From Chitinophagia bacterium (lineage in GTDB: Bacteria; Bacteroidota; Bacteroidia; Chitinophagales; Chitinophagaceae), in the NCBI GenBank assembly GCA_037131895.1, contig JBAXQE010000010.1, forward strand, positions 17,778-81,777: a DNA stretch of 64,000 nt, written 5' to 3'. The stretch's first letter is position 1. Every line of letters starts with the position of its first letter. The notes under the pieces were generated by a model that had not been told where the DNA came from, searched no databases, and saw only the letters and a list, made by a program, of their open reading frames with translations. Below, piece by piece: positions 49,797 to 59,376 of this stretch. A program made the translations under genes and the position numbers.

Positions 49797-49809
49797 AGGG
49801 GTTTTCCCT
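49797..49809. promoter_or_regulatory. Candidate operator AGGGGTTTTCCCT upstream of the kinase-regulator pair
   Basis: Reverse complement nearly identical to the 49361 site; about 27 bp upstream of a tgattttg -7-like element. Confidence 0.45.
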
Positions 49810-49923
49810 GTTTTTTTATTGAACGAAAAGTGTTGATTTTGTACTATCCAGTGTTAGTATTTAGCGAGGGGACTTAACAAATGAGGCAAGCACTGGAATT
49901 TCTCAAAGAAAAATTAACTGTTA

Positions 49924-50709
49924 GTGCTCTACCTATTTGCCTTTACTTTTTTATTTCCGGTACTCTACTGGATGCTACAATCTTGGTTTATCCTAGTATT
50001 GTTTTTATTGGTATTGACTATAATTTCTATTGTTTACCTACTTTATTTATCCCAAAAATCTCGAAAAAGGTTAAAGATTGCCAAAGACATGCTTCGGGTA
50101 CAATTAGAGATACAGGACCTAACATTCTCTGCTATCAGTCACGAAATTCATGATAATGTTGGGCAAATTCTTAGTTTGGCTAAGGTTCAATTGAATTTAC
50201 TTTCAGAGGAGGAAATAAAAGAAGGAACATTATTAAACGATGCAAAAGAGAATATCAGCAATGCGTTGATTGATTTGCGCGAAATCGCTAAAAGCCTCTC
50301 TAACAAGAAATTAATTTCATTAGGTCTTTTATCTTCCATTCAACATGAAGCTCACCGATTAGAGGAAACGAATGGATGGGATGTGCAAGTGGCAGTGGAA
50401 GGAAATCCCCTTCCGGTAACCGAAACCCAGCATTTGGTAATATTTAGAGCAATTCAATATTTTCTTAACCGAATTACACAAATGGAAGCGGGCTCAAATA
50501 AAATATCCGTTACCATGGGCTTTTATCCACAAAACTGGCATATCAAAATAGTACACCACAGAAAAGATTCCGATATCAACCAGCAACAAGAACAACAATA
50601 TAACCAAGAACAATCCCTTGTTTTACGAAGATTAGCAATTATTGGGGGTACATTTACAGTAACAGAGAATGGTGAAACGCAGATATTAATACAGATACCT
50701 TATGCTTGA
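49924..50709 (+). CDS. HisKA_3 sensor histidine kinase with degenerate ATP-binding domain (pseudokinase)
   Basis: N-terminal TM; H-box ISHEIHDNVGQILS intact; N-box reads QYFLNRITQM; DxGxG and GxGL boxes replaced by HHRKDS and NQEQS. Confidence 0.85.
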   Translation: MLYLFAFTFLFPVLYWMLQSWFILVLFLLVLTIISIVYLLYLSQKSRKRLKIAKDMLRVQLEIQDLTFSAISHEIHDNVGQILSLAKVQLNLLSEEEIKEGTLLNDAKENISNALIDLREIAKSLSNKKLISLGLLSSIQHEAHRLEETNGWDVQVAVEGNPLPVTETQHLVIFRAIQYFLNRITQMEAGSNKISVTMGFYPQNWHIKIVHHRKDSDINQQQEQQYNQEQSLVLRRLAIIGGTFTVTENGETQILIQIPYA

Positions 50710-51361
50710 TAAACATAACATTGCAGTAGTGGATGATCACACTCTTTTTCGGAAGGGACTGATTTCTCTTATAAATGTTTTTCCAAATTTTGAAGTGATT
50801 TTGGAGGCTTCTAATGGGAAGGATTTTATTGAGCGACTGAATCCTGAGCAGTTACCCGAAATTGTGCTGATGGACATCTCCATGCCAGAAATGGATGGAT
50901 ATGCAACCTGCGAATGGCTGAAAAGTCATTACCCCGCCATTAAAGTGCTGGCCCTGAGTACTATGGATGCAGAAACCGCCATTATTAAAATGATTCGAAG
51001 TGGTGCTAAAGGCTATATTGTAAAAGATGCCGACCTCTCTGAACTTAAACTCGCGTTTTCCGAACTGCTTTCTATCGGCTTCTTTTATAATGAACTGGTT
51101 TCCAGAAAAGTTATTCACTCTATTAGTAGAATTGTTGAAGACAACGATGCAGTTACCGCCCTCCAAAAACTTTCAGACAATGAGTTAACATTTCTTCGAC
51201 TATCCTGCAGTGAAAAAACCTACCAGGAAATCGCCAACGAAATGTTTAAAAGCGAAAAAACCATTGATGGATACCGGGCCGAGTTGTTTAAAAAACTCAA
51301 TGTATCTAGCCGCGTTGGCATGGTAATGTATGCTATCAAAAACGGGATTGTTCAACTATAA
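50702..51361 (+). CDS. NarL/LuxR-family response regulator (paralog of 20555..21217)
   Basis: VVDDH, LMDISMPEMDG, GYIVK, TYQEIANEMFKSEKTIDGYR; overlaps the kinase stop. Confidence 0.95.
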   Translation: MLDKHNIAVVDDHTLFRKGLISLINVFPNFEVILEASNGKDFIERLNPEQLPEIVLMDISMPEMDGYATCEWLKSHYPAIKVLALSTMDAETAIIKMIRSGAKGYIVKDADLSELKLAFSELLSIGFFYNELVSRKVIHSISRIVEDNDAVTALQKLSDNELTFLRLSCSEKTYQEIANEMFKSEKTIDGYRAELFKKLNVSSRVGMVMYAIKNGIVQL

Positions 51362-51536
51362 TCCAAAAAACAGGATACTGCTTCTACAAAATATCTAATG
51401 TTTTGAAGCAACCGCGCATCTCCACTCATACGGCTTACCTGCCGTTGGTACTATTTTCAATTTTTCACAAATTTCTTTTTCTAAAATTTGTAATAAATAT
51501 TCATTCTATTCTACAAATGAAAGTAAAATAAACATC

Positions 51537-52238
51537 ATGAAAAAACTCTTTATTTCAGCAGCCCTGCTGCTTACTACCTTTGCTTCCGTATCTGCCCAAA
51601 CGGCTGATGAGGTAATTAACAAATACATCGATGCCATTGGCGGAAAAGCTAAGTGGCTCAACTTGAATAGTCTTAAAGTTGAAGGGCAAATAGAAGTACA
51701 GGGAGTATCTATTCCTTTTACTATGCAGGCTATTCAAAATAAGGGTAACAGAACAGATGCTGAATTTCAGGGTATGAAGATTATAGAGATAGTTACACCT
51801 TTAGCTGGTTGGTCTATGAATGGCCTTCAAGGCCAAACTTCCCTCCAACCCATGTCGCAGGAGGATTTAAAAACGAAAGTGGATAATCTTGATATTCAAG
51901 ATCAAATGATTGATTATGCCCAAAAAGGACATAAAGTTGAAATGTTAGGCAAGGATGAAGCAGACGGAAATGAATATTTTAAAGTGAAGCTAACCACCAA
52001 ACAAGGGAACGATAAAGTTTATTTTATTGATACCAAAACTTATTTGCCCTATAAAGTGGAAAATACCATGAATGTAAATGGTCAGGAAGTAAAAGCAGAA
52101 GTGAAATACCTAGATTACCAAACCTTAGAAAATGGAATTAAAATGGCTTTTAAACAAGAAGTAGGCCCTATGATGATGGTATCTAAAAAAATTACGGTTA
52201 ATCCGGTAATTGATGAAAGTCTTTTTAAAGGAAACTAG
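51537..52238 (+). CDS. Secreted LolA-like / outer-membrane lipoprotein-sorting-type protein
   Basis: Signal peptide, AQTADEVINKYIDAIGG, beta-rich body, NPVIDESLFK C-terminus. Confidence 0.75.
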   Translation: MKKLFISAALLLTTFASVSAQTADEVINKYIDAIGGKAKWLNLNSLKVEGQIEVQGVSIPFTMQAIQNKGNRTDAEFQGMKIIEIVTPLAGWSMNGLQGQTSLQPMSQEDLKTKVDNLDIQDQMIDYAQKGHKVEMLGKDEADGNEYFKVKLTTKQGNDKVYFIDTKTYLPYKVENTMNVNGQEVKAEVKYLDYQTLENGIKMAFKQEVGPMMMVSKKITVNPVIDESLFKGN

Positions 52239-52253
52239 TGCATGATTGTTTTT

Positions 52254-52285
52254 TTAAATCGGCTACTAATCAGTAGCCGATTTAA
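52254..52285 (+). terminator. Intergenic hairpin
   Basis: ttaaatcggctact-aatc-agtagccgatttaa between co-oriented genes. Confidence 0.7.
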
Positions 52286-52311
52286 TATATACTATATCTA
52301 AAGCTATTGTT

Positions 52312-55300
52312 ATGAAAAAATTTGGATTCCTTTCTTTCAGTTTCTGTTTGTTTGTGGGTATCGCTACCGCTCAAACTTCTATTAATTCTTCTTTTTTTCA
52401 GGTGATGAGTGCCCGTTCCCTTGGCCCCTCTACCATGAGTGGTCGCATTACCGCTATTGAGGGTATCATTTCCGAAAAGCAGGTGAACTTATATGTGGGT
52501 ACTGCCGGTGGTGGTATTTGGAAAAGTCAAAATGGGGGTATTTCCTTCTCACCCATATTCGATAAATACGCTCAATCCATTGGAGCCTTAGCCATTGAGC
52601 CTGGAAATGCCAAAGTAGTATATGCTGGCACCGGAGAAAGTAATATGCGCAATTCGGTTTCCATTGGGGTTGGTATGTATAAAACCACCGATGGAGGCAG
52701 TAATTGGCAGAAATTAGGCTTAGATAGTACTGAGCACATCAGCAAAATCATCATCGACCCTGCCGATAAAAAAACTTTATACGTAGCTGCACCCGGGCCA
52801 CTCTGGCACGATTCACCGCATCGGGGTTTGTATAAATCAACCGATGCTGGTAAAACCTGGCAAAAGATATGGTTTGTAGATAATCAAACCGGCTGCGCAG
52901 ATATAGCGGTTCATCCTCAACAGTCCAATATAATTCTGGCTTCTAGCTGGCAGTTCAGAAGAAAAGCTTACGCATTTAGTTCGGGTGGCCTCGGTAGTGG
53001 ATTATTTAAATCGGAAGATGCCGGTAAAACTTGGCGAAAATTAACCAATGGATTACCGGAAGGTTTATTGGGAAGAATTGTTATTTCCATGAATCCTTCT
53101 CAACCCTCTCAAATTTTAGCCATCGTAGAAGCTAAAAATCCGGGTTTATATATTTCAAACGATTTGGGTGAAACCTGGAAAAAATTAAGTGTTACCGAAA
53201 ATATCACAGCTCGCCCTTTTTACTTCAGCACCCTGGTGCACGATCCAAAAGATCCTAAGCGGGTATATCGACCTTCCTTTGCATTTGAATACTCAGATGA
53301 TGGGGGATATTCATGGAGTAGCAATATATCTGGAGGGGTTGTACCTCATTCCGATCACCACGCTTTATGGGTGAATCCACAACAAACCGATCAATTATTT
53401 TTAGGTACTGATGGTGGAGTTTATGTAAGTTATAACCGCGGTAACAGCTGGCAATTTTTAAATAACCTGCCAGTAGGTCAATTTTATCATGTAAGTGTTG
53501 ACCAACAAAAAGATTACCGAGTATTTGGTGGCTTGCAAGACAATAACAGCTGGGTAGCCCCCAATTCTCAACCCGGTGGCGTTTCCGCGGCTGACTGGAA
53601 GGTAATCGGAGGTGGCGATGGTTTTTGGGTGCAGGCAAGTCCCTTTAATCCCAATATCATGTTTTCTGAAAGTCAGGGGGGTGAAATGAATCGCGTTGAC
53701 CTAGCAACTGGTTTAACTACTGGTATCCGTCCTAAAAAACAGGCGGGAGAAGAAGAACATCGTTGGAACTGGAATACACCTATTGTAATTGCTCCATCAG
53801 CCAGTAAAACGCCTCAAGGTAAATCTAGTTATAATTTATATACCGGAGCTCAATACCTCTTCCGGTCGCGGGATGAAGGCAGAAGTTGGGAGAGAATTTC
53901 TCCAGATCTTACTACTAATGATACGCTAAAAAAACAGCAAACCGAAAATAGCGGCGGAATAACTGGTGATAATACCAGTGCTGAAAACCATTGTACCATT
54001 TTTACCCTGGCACAGCGCCCCGACAATGAACAAATTATTTGGGTGGGTACGGATGATGGGCATTTACAGCTAACCACGAATGGCGGAAAAACCTGGGAGC
54101 GCAAAGAAAAAGGTATTTATCAAACCGGCGTTCCGGAGCATGCTTGGATCAGCAGTATCACCCTTTCTGCTCATCAGAAGCAACGGGTTTTTGTAACGCT
54201 CGATCACCACATGTACGGCGATCATAAAACCTATGCAGTAGTAAGTGAAGATGGCGGAAATACTTGGAAAAAATTCAATTCAGATGAATTCACAGGCTTT
54301 GCGCATATTTTGTTAGAAGATCCTATAAATCCTAACCTGGTATTTCTGGGTACAGAAATGGGCTTTTTTATATCGTTGGATGCCGGTAAAAACTGGATGC
54401 GTAGTAAATACCAAAATATGCCTTGGTACACGCCAGTAAGAGATTTGCAAGTCAATCGGGTAACCAATGATTTAGTAATCGCAACACATGGCAGAGGTAT
54501 TTATATTATCGACAACTTGCAGCCTCTGCGAGATATGGCAAAAGCAGATCTGAATAAAGAGATACATTTTTTCACGCCAGATCCTTTTGTGTATAGTTTA
54601 TCGGGACAATTTCCACAATCACCCCCTAATATTAGTGGATGGGTGGGAGAAAGTAAGCCTGTATTTCCTACCTTCTATTATTACTTAAAAGATAGAAGTT
54701 CGGATGCGGTAAAAATTGCCATCTTCGATGAAGCAGGAAAGAAATTGAAAGATTTAAATGGAACGGGCGTGAAGGGTTTGAATAAAGTTTTCTGGGGGCT
54801 TTCCATTAATCCGCCAAAAGTGGCTAAAGGAGGCTTTATTGCGCAAACCAGTGTTTTGTCTGCTTCGGTAATTTCTCCCAATGTGCCGGCAGGTAAATAC
54901 AAGATAGTGGTAACCCACAATAAAATTAATTACGAGCAGTGGTTACTCATTAAGCCCAATGATGCAGCAGGATTTACAGCAGAAAAGCTGAAAAAATTAA
55001 ATGCGCAGGGTATGCGTTTGTATCAGATGGAGGAAGAATTGCACAAATGGGTGGATACCTTAGATAAAAAAATAGTGCAGGTTCAATCCGCCGATACAAC
55101 TCAGCCTGCCACAGCCCAAAAATTGAAGACACTTAACGATTTACGGAAAGAAATTATAGAAACGAACCGGAAATCTATTTTCTTCGACGAATTTAAATTC
55201 CGTAGAAGATTGAGTGATTTATATGTAAGTGTTTGTTCTCAAACAGAGCCTCTGAGTGCCAATCAGGAAAAAGGAATTGATGTAATGAAGCAAGAACTCG

Positions 55301-55335
55301 ACGACTTTATCCGGCGTATTCAGGCAGTTTTGTAA
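52312..55335 (+). CDS. Secreted sortilin/VPS10 (BNR/Asp-box) beta-propeller protein (paralog of 27379..30438)
   Basis: GPSTMSGRITAI, GGIWKSQNGG, HSDHHALWVNP, RWNWNTPI, IATHGRGIYIIDN. Confidence 0.9.
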   Translation: MKKFGFLSFSFCLFVGIATAQTSINSSFFQVMSARSLGPSTMSGRITAIEGIISEKQVNLYVGTAGGGIWKSQNGGISFSPIFDKYAQSIGALAIEPGNAKVVYAGTGESNMRNSVSIGVGMYKTTDGGSNWQKLGLDSTEHISKIIIDPADKKTLYVAAPGPLWHDSPHRGLYKSTDAGKTWQKIWFVDNQTGCADIAVHPQQSNIILASSWQFRRKAYAFSSGGLGSGLFKSEDAGKTWRKLTNGLPEGLLGRIVISMNPSQPSQILAIVEAKNPGLYISNDLGETWKKLSVTENITARPFYFSTLVHDPKDPKRVYRPSFAFEYSDDGGYSWSSNISGGVVPHSDHHALWVNPQQTDQLFLGTDGGVYVSYNRGNSWQFLNNLPVGQFYHVSVDQQKDYRVFGGLQDNNSWVAPNSQPGGVSAADWKVIGGGDGFWVQASPFNPNIMFSESQGGEMNRVDLATGLTTGIRPKKQAGEEEHRWNWNTPIVIAPSASKTPQGKSSYNLYTGAQYLFRSRDEGRSWERISPDLTTNDTLKKQQTENSGGITGDNTSAENHCTIFTLAQRPDNEQIIWVGTDDGHLQLTTNGGKTWERKEKGIYQTGVPEHAWISSITLSAHQKQRVFVTLDHHMYGDHKTYAVVSEDGGNTWKKFNSDEFTGFAHILLEDPINPNLVFLGTEMGFFISLDAGKNWMRSKYQNMPWYTPVRDLQVNRVTNDLVIATHGRGIYIIDNLQPLRDMAKADLNKEIHFFTPDPFVYSLSGQFPQSPPNISGWVGESKPVFPTFYYYLKDRSSDAVKIAIFDEAGKKLKDLNGTGVKGLNKVFWGLSINPPKVAKGGFIAQTSVLSASVISPNVPAGKYKIVVTHNKINYEQWLLIKPNDAAGFTAEKLKKLNAQGMRLYQMEEELHKWVDTLDKKIVQVQSADTTQPATAQKLKTLNDLRKEIIETNRKSIFFDEFKFRRRLSDLYVSVCSQTEPLSANQEKGIDVMKQELDDFIRRIQAVL

Positions 55336-55370
55336 ACTGTATGGTTGGTAAATAGGAAAGGGTAGGGGAC

Positions 55371-55658
55371 AAAATCAGCGTGAGTGTGAGTTTGAGTGTG
55401 ATAGAGGAAATGAAAAGTCGTTAGCGTAAAAAGCCAAAGGCGCAATACGCGCATTCGCGAAAAGTTCTTAGCGTAGTACGCCAGAGGCGCACTGCGCTCC
55501 TTCACAAAGGACATTCTCATTCCAAAACGTGCAGTACGCCTGGGCGCACTACACGGGGAACGGAAATCAGTGTGAGCGTGAGTGTGATAGAGGAAATGAA
55601 AAATAATAAGTTAATCACACTCAAACTCATGCTCTAGAGGCGCATAGGCTCTCACGCT
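55371..55658. repeat. Composite MITE/REP-like element: 16-bp inverted repeat, internal direct repeat and the family core unit
   Basis: tgagtttgagtgtgat (55387-55402) vs atcacactcaaactca (55614-55629); aaatcag..gagtgtgatagaggaaatgaaaa twice; core aaggacattctcattccaaaacgtgcagtacgcctgggcgcactacac. Confidence 0.75.
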
Positions 55659-55663
55659 GTAAT

Positions 55664-56032
55664 TTACTGTCCTTTTTGGCGCAATAAAAAGTGCCCGGCT
55701 AACCGCATACCTTTTTCATCATCCCGCACTTTGTGTAACAGTATTTTACAACCCTCCGGTATTTCCTGAATAATTTCAGGGGTTAACTCTTCAAAAGTCT
55801 CTACAAAATCATCCTCTTCATCATAATCACCCGCTACCGCAAGCCATCGATCGTTTCCTAAAAAGCGAATGGATAATTGCGAATCATCTTTCTCGTCAAA
55901 CTCAGTTATTACCGCCCAAGTGTCTTCCCCTTCAAAATCGAAGCGAATGTCTACCTGGGGTAATTGCGATAGTCTTTCCAATAAATCATGAATAACCTGT
56001 ACCGTGTTTTTGTCTTTTCCTTTGATCAACAT
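55664..56032 (-). CDS. Acidic hypothetical protein
   Basis: 122-aa ORF rich in Asp/Glu; no family recognised. Confidence 0.65.
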   Translation of the reverse strand: MLIKGKDKNTVQVIHDLLERLSQLPQVDIRFDFEGEDTWAVITEFDEKDDSQLSIRFLGNDRWLAVAGDYDEEDDFVETFEELTPEIIQEIPEGCKILLHKVRDDEKGMRLAGHFLLRQKGQ

Positions 56033-56234
56033 TATAAATATTATTTATTTTATATATTTAAATCACTATTTATCAAATAATTAGTGAATATAATTTCTTG
56101 TAGTAGAATCTTTACATTTGGATTTGTAAAATTACTACAAAAAACCACCAATTTCAAGCGTAATTATACGTTATGAAGTTACACTTCTTTTGCTGTGGCG
56201 AAATTAATCAATGAATGTTAAGTAGTAAATTACT

Positions 56235-56861
56235 ATGAGAATTTTAATAGCCGACGACCATACCCTGATACGAGAAGGATTGCGTAAGATTCTGTCTGAA
56301 GCTTTTCCTTTTGCCGAAATTACCGATGTGGCAGACTCAGCTGATTTACTGAAAAATGCCCTAATGCATACGTGGGATATCATTATATCTGATATAAGCA
56401 TGCCTGGATATTCGGGAATAGAAATTCTCAAACAAATTAAAGAGCATGCACCCCTTACTCCGGTATTAATTCTATCAATGCATGCTCCGGAGCAATATGC
56501 TGTTCGCTCTTTGCGCTCTGGTGCCTCCGGATACTTAACTAAAGAAAGCGCCCCATTTGAACTGGTTAAGGCGGTTAAACAGATTTTATCTGGCAGAAAA
56601 TATATTACCAGCGAAGTGGCAGAAGTACTCGCCGGTTCCATTGAAGATAATAATTCACAGCAACCCCACACATCTCTTTCTGATCGCGAGTTTGAGGTTT
56701 TTAAGATGATAGTGATGGGGCAAAGCATATCTGCTATTGGTGAACAACTGAGCTTGAATGTAAATACTATTAGCACCTATCGGAGCCGAATCATGGAAAA
56801 AATGAACATGAAAACCAATGCAGATTTGGTTAAATATGCTATCCTCAATAGTATTATATAA
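56235..56861 (+). CDS. NarL/UvrY-type response regulator
   Basis: IADDH, ISDISMPG, SGASGYLTK, LSDREFEVFKMIVMG..TISTYRSRIMEK. Confidence 0.95.
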   Translation: MRILIADDHTLIREGLRKILSEAFPFAEITDVADSADLLKNALMHTWDIIISDISMPGYSGIEILKQIKEHAPLTPVLILSMHAPEQYAVRSLRSGASGYLTKESAPFELVKAVKQILSGRKYITSEVAEVLAGSIEDNNSQQPHTSLSDREFEVFKMIVMGQSISAIGEQLSLNVNTISTYRSRIMEKMNMKTNADLVKYAILNSII

Positions 56862-56862
56862 C

Positions 56863-56885
56863 GGAAGCACTCAGCTTCCTTTTTT
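56863..56885 (+). terminator. Intrinsic terminator
   Basis: ggaagc-actca-gcttcc followed by a T run immediately after the stop. Confidence 0.7.
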
Positions 56886-57126
56886 GTAGTATATCATTTA
56901 CAGTTGGGTTTTTTCTAGTTACACAATAACCTTCTAAAGTTCTATTCCCAAAGGGCCTCAGTGTTCGTTACTTTGTATTACAATATCCGATAAGCGTAGC
57001 AAGTCCCGTTTTAAAATCCAATAAATTACCGTTCTTATCCTAGCGGTAAATAACAACCTTAATAAAAGGTAATTATCCAATTACAGGGATGGTTGACTTT
57101 TCTTCCATCCCAGTAATTCAAATCCT

Positions 57127-57513
57127 ATGAAATATCCTTCTTTTCATGTATTACTGGTAGACGATATGAAAATCATTTTACAAAAAATGAAAATGTTTAT
57201 CTCTAACATACCTTATGTTACCAGAGTTGATACCGCCAGTAGTGCGCAGGAAGCTTTTACCTTTTTACAGACATCTAATCCCGAACTTGTAGTATTAGAT
57301 GTAAATATGCCCGGTACCAATGGCATTGAAATATTACAGCGTATCCGTAAAAGTACGGGGCACCAGCCAATAGTAATCATGCTTACCAATGAAACAGGCA
57401 GCCAATTTAAAGAGACCTGCCTCCAATCCGGGGCTGATTATTATTTGGATAAATCGAAAGACTTTTTGAAAATTCCCATCATCATCGGGGAATTAATTGC
57501 TAAGCATGCCTGA
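57127..57513 (+). CDS. Single-domain response regulator receiver
   Basis: LLVDD, VLDVNMPG, IMLT, YLDK; no output domain. Confidence 0.92.
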   Translation: MKYPSFHVLLVDDMKIILQKMKMFISNIPYVTRVDTASSAQEAFTFLQTSNPELVVLDVNMPGTNGIEILQRIRKSTGHQPIVIMLTNETGSQFKETCLQSGADYYLDKSKDFLKIPIIIGELIAKHA

Positions 57514-57517
57514 TTGG

Positions 57518-58459
57518 TTAAGTAGCTTGTAGCGGGGTTTCTGAGTGCTTTTTGGTATCACTAATCAGTAATACCCCCACAATTACCAAAATCGTTCCAA
57601 ATATTTGCCAGCCGGTAATCGGCTCACCCAAAAACCAATGTGCCTGTAAAATAGTAGATACAGGTCCAATACTGGTTATGATGGAAACCTGGTTACTTCC
57701 AATCCTTTTCATACCACTACTCATTAGCAAGGAGGGAATTACGGTAGCCAACAATGCAAGTGCAATTGAATACCCCACCAAACCTTGTTTCATAGGGATT
57801 GGTTTCCACCCCTTTAATACTAAATAGTGTACTACAATTCCCGCAGTAGCTGCTAACATTGCGGTACTCGTATATCGAATCACCCCTGCCTGTTTTACCA
57901 GTCTGCCAGTGCCAACCAGATAAATAGCAAAAGTAATGGCACAAAGCAAAATCATCCCACAACCAAAATAAAAACCATCCTTTACCTGTAGCATTTTTAT
58001 TTCACTATAGCAGGCAATTACAATACCCATATAAGTAATTAGCAAAGCCCAACGTTGCTTTTTGTTGAATGGGGTTTTGAAAAACCACTTATTAATCAAA
58101 ACGGCTAATGTAGGATAAACAAATAAAATCAGCCTTTCTAGTCCGGCCGATACATATTGCAATCCTATAAAATCAAACAAACTGCTGGCATAATATCCTA
58201 CTAAACCCATAGCTAGCATACCCAACCATAGTCGATAATCTTTAAAAAATTGTTGGTCTTTATAACCAACCCATACAAAAAGTATCAGGTAAAAGGGAAA
58301 CGAAAAAAGCATACGCAACAGCAACAGTGATACTGCATCAATTTCAGTATCCCGATAAGCCAATTTAACCCAAATAGCTTTGGTAGAAAAAAGTAACGCA
58401 CCCGATAAAGCCAGCCAGAAACCAATTCGGCTAATGCTGGATGGCATTAATTTACCCAT
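57518..58459 (-). CDS. DMT/EamA family transporter
   Basis: Ten TM in two repeats; FSTKAIWVKL, GLERLILFVYPT, GPVSTI. Confidence 0.92.
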   Translation of the reverse strand: MGKLMPSSISRIGFWLALSGALLFSTKAIWVKLAYRDTEIDAVSLLLLRMLFSFPFYLILFVWVGYKDQQFFKDYRLWLGMLAMGLVGYYASSLFDFIGLQYVSAGLERLILFVYPTLAVLINKWFFKTPFNKKQRWALLITYMGIVIACYSEIKMLQVKDGFYFGCGMILLCAITFAIYLVGTGRLVKQAGVIRYTSTAMLAATAGIVVHYLVLKGWKPIPMKQGLVGYSIALALLATVIPSLLMSSGMKRIGSNQVSIITSIGPVSTILQAHWFLGEPITGWQIFGTILVIVGVLLISDTKKHSETPLQAT

Positions 58460-58480
58460 AAGTGCAGCTATTATTCAAAT

Positions 58481-59293
58481 TTACACACTCACATTAAAAT
58501 CGCGGAGTGCATCGTTCAGGCTCGTTTTTAAATCGGTACTGGCTTTTCTTTGTCCGATTATCAGGGCACAGCTAACAGCATAATCACCCGCAGGAAAACT
58601 TTTGGTATAGCTGCCAGGAATTACAACACTGCGTGCCGGAACACGGCCTCGGTATTCTACTGGTTCAGTTCCAGATACATCTATGATTTTTGTTGACTGG
58701 GTTAAAACCACATTTGCTCCCAATACCGCTTCGGCTTCTACTTTTACCCCTTCTACCACTATGCAGCGGCTACCGATAAAGCAACCATCTTCAATAATAA
58801 CTGGACTTGCCTGAAGCGGCTCTAACACCCCCCCAATACCTACGCCGCCACTCAGGTGCACATTTTTGCCAATCTGCGCACAACTACCCACAGTTGCCCA
58901 GGTATCTACCATCGTTCCCTCATCTACATAGGCACCAATATTTACATAGCTGGGCATCAACACCACATTTCTCGCGATATAGCTCCCAAACCTTGCAGTA
59001 GCAGGGGGTACAGCTCTTACGCCTAATTCCTGATAATTCTTCTTCAGCAACATTTTATCATAAAACTCAAAGGGCGGTAATTCCCAGGTTTGCATGTTTT
59101 GGATGCCGAAATATAACAAAATCGCTTGCTTCACCCACTCATTTACTACCCATCCGTTTTCAGTGGAACTCGCTACTCTCAGTCTTCCCTTGTCTACTTC
59201 TTCTATTACTGCCTTTACCCCCAATTGGTAGGGTTCTTCTTTTAAAAGTCCACGATCGGCCCAGGCAACTTCAATCATTATTTTCAATTCCAT
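58481..59293 (-). CDS. dapD: 2,3,4,5-tetrahydropyridine-2,6-dicarboxylate N-succinyltransferase
   Basis: NEWVKQAILLYF, RAVPPATAR, MPSYVNIGAYVDEGTMVDTWATVGSCAQIG, GGVLEPLQA; ATG 59293 preferred. Confidence 0.97.
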   Translation of the reverse strand: MELKIMIEVAWADRGLLKEEPYQLGVKAVIEEVDKGRLRVASSTENGWVVNEWVKQAILLYFGIQNMQTWELPPFEFYDKMLLKKNYQELGVRAVPPATARFGSYIARNVVLMPSYVNIGAYVDEGTMVDTWATVGSCAQIGKNVHLSGGVGIGGVLEPLQASPVIIEDGCFIGSRCIVVEGVKVEAEAVLGANVVLTQSTKIIDVSGTEPVEYRGRVPARSVVIPGSYTKSFPAGDYAVSCALIIGQRKASTDLKTSLNDALRDFNVSV

Positions 59294-59376
59294 GCTACTG
59301 ATTTTTTTGCAAACATACAATTTCAAAATTTTATGCTCCCTTATTTACCTGCATTGCGTAATTTAACGCCCACAAT

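Noticed and set aside
49291-50153. ORFs 49291..49539 and 49881..50153
   Set aside because: The first overlaps promoter and operator elements; the second is an alternate frame of the kinase gene.
56204-56776. 190-aa minus-strand ORF
   Set aside because: Antisense to a well-formed response regulator; no independent motif.
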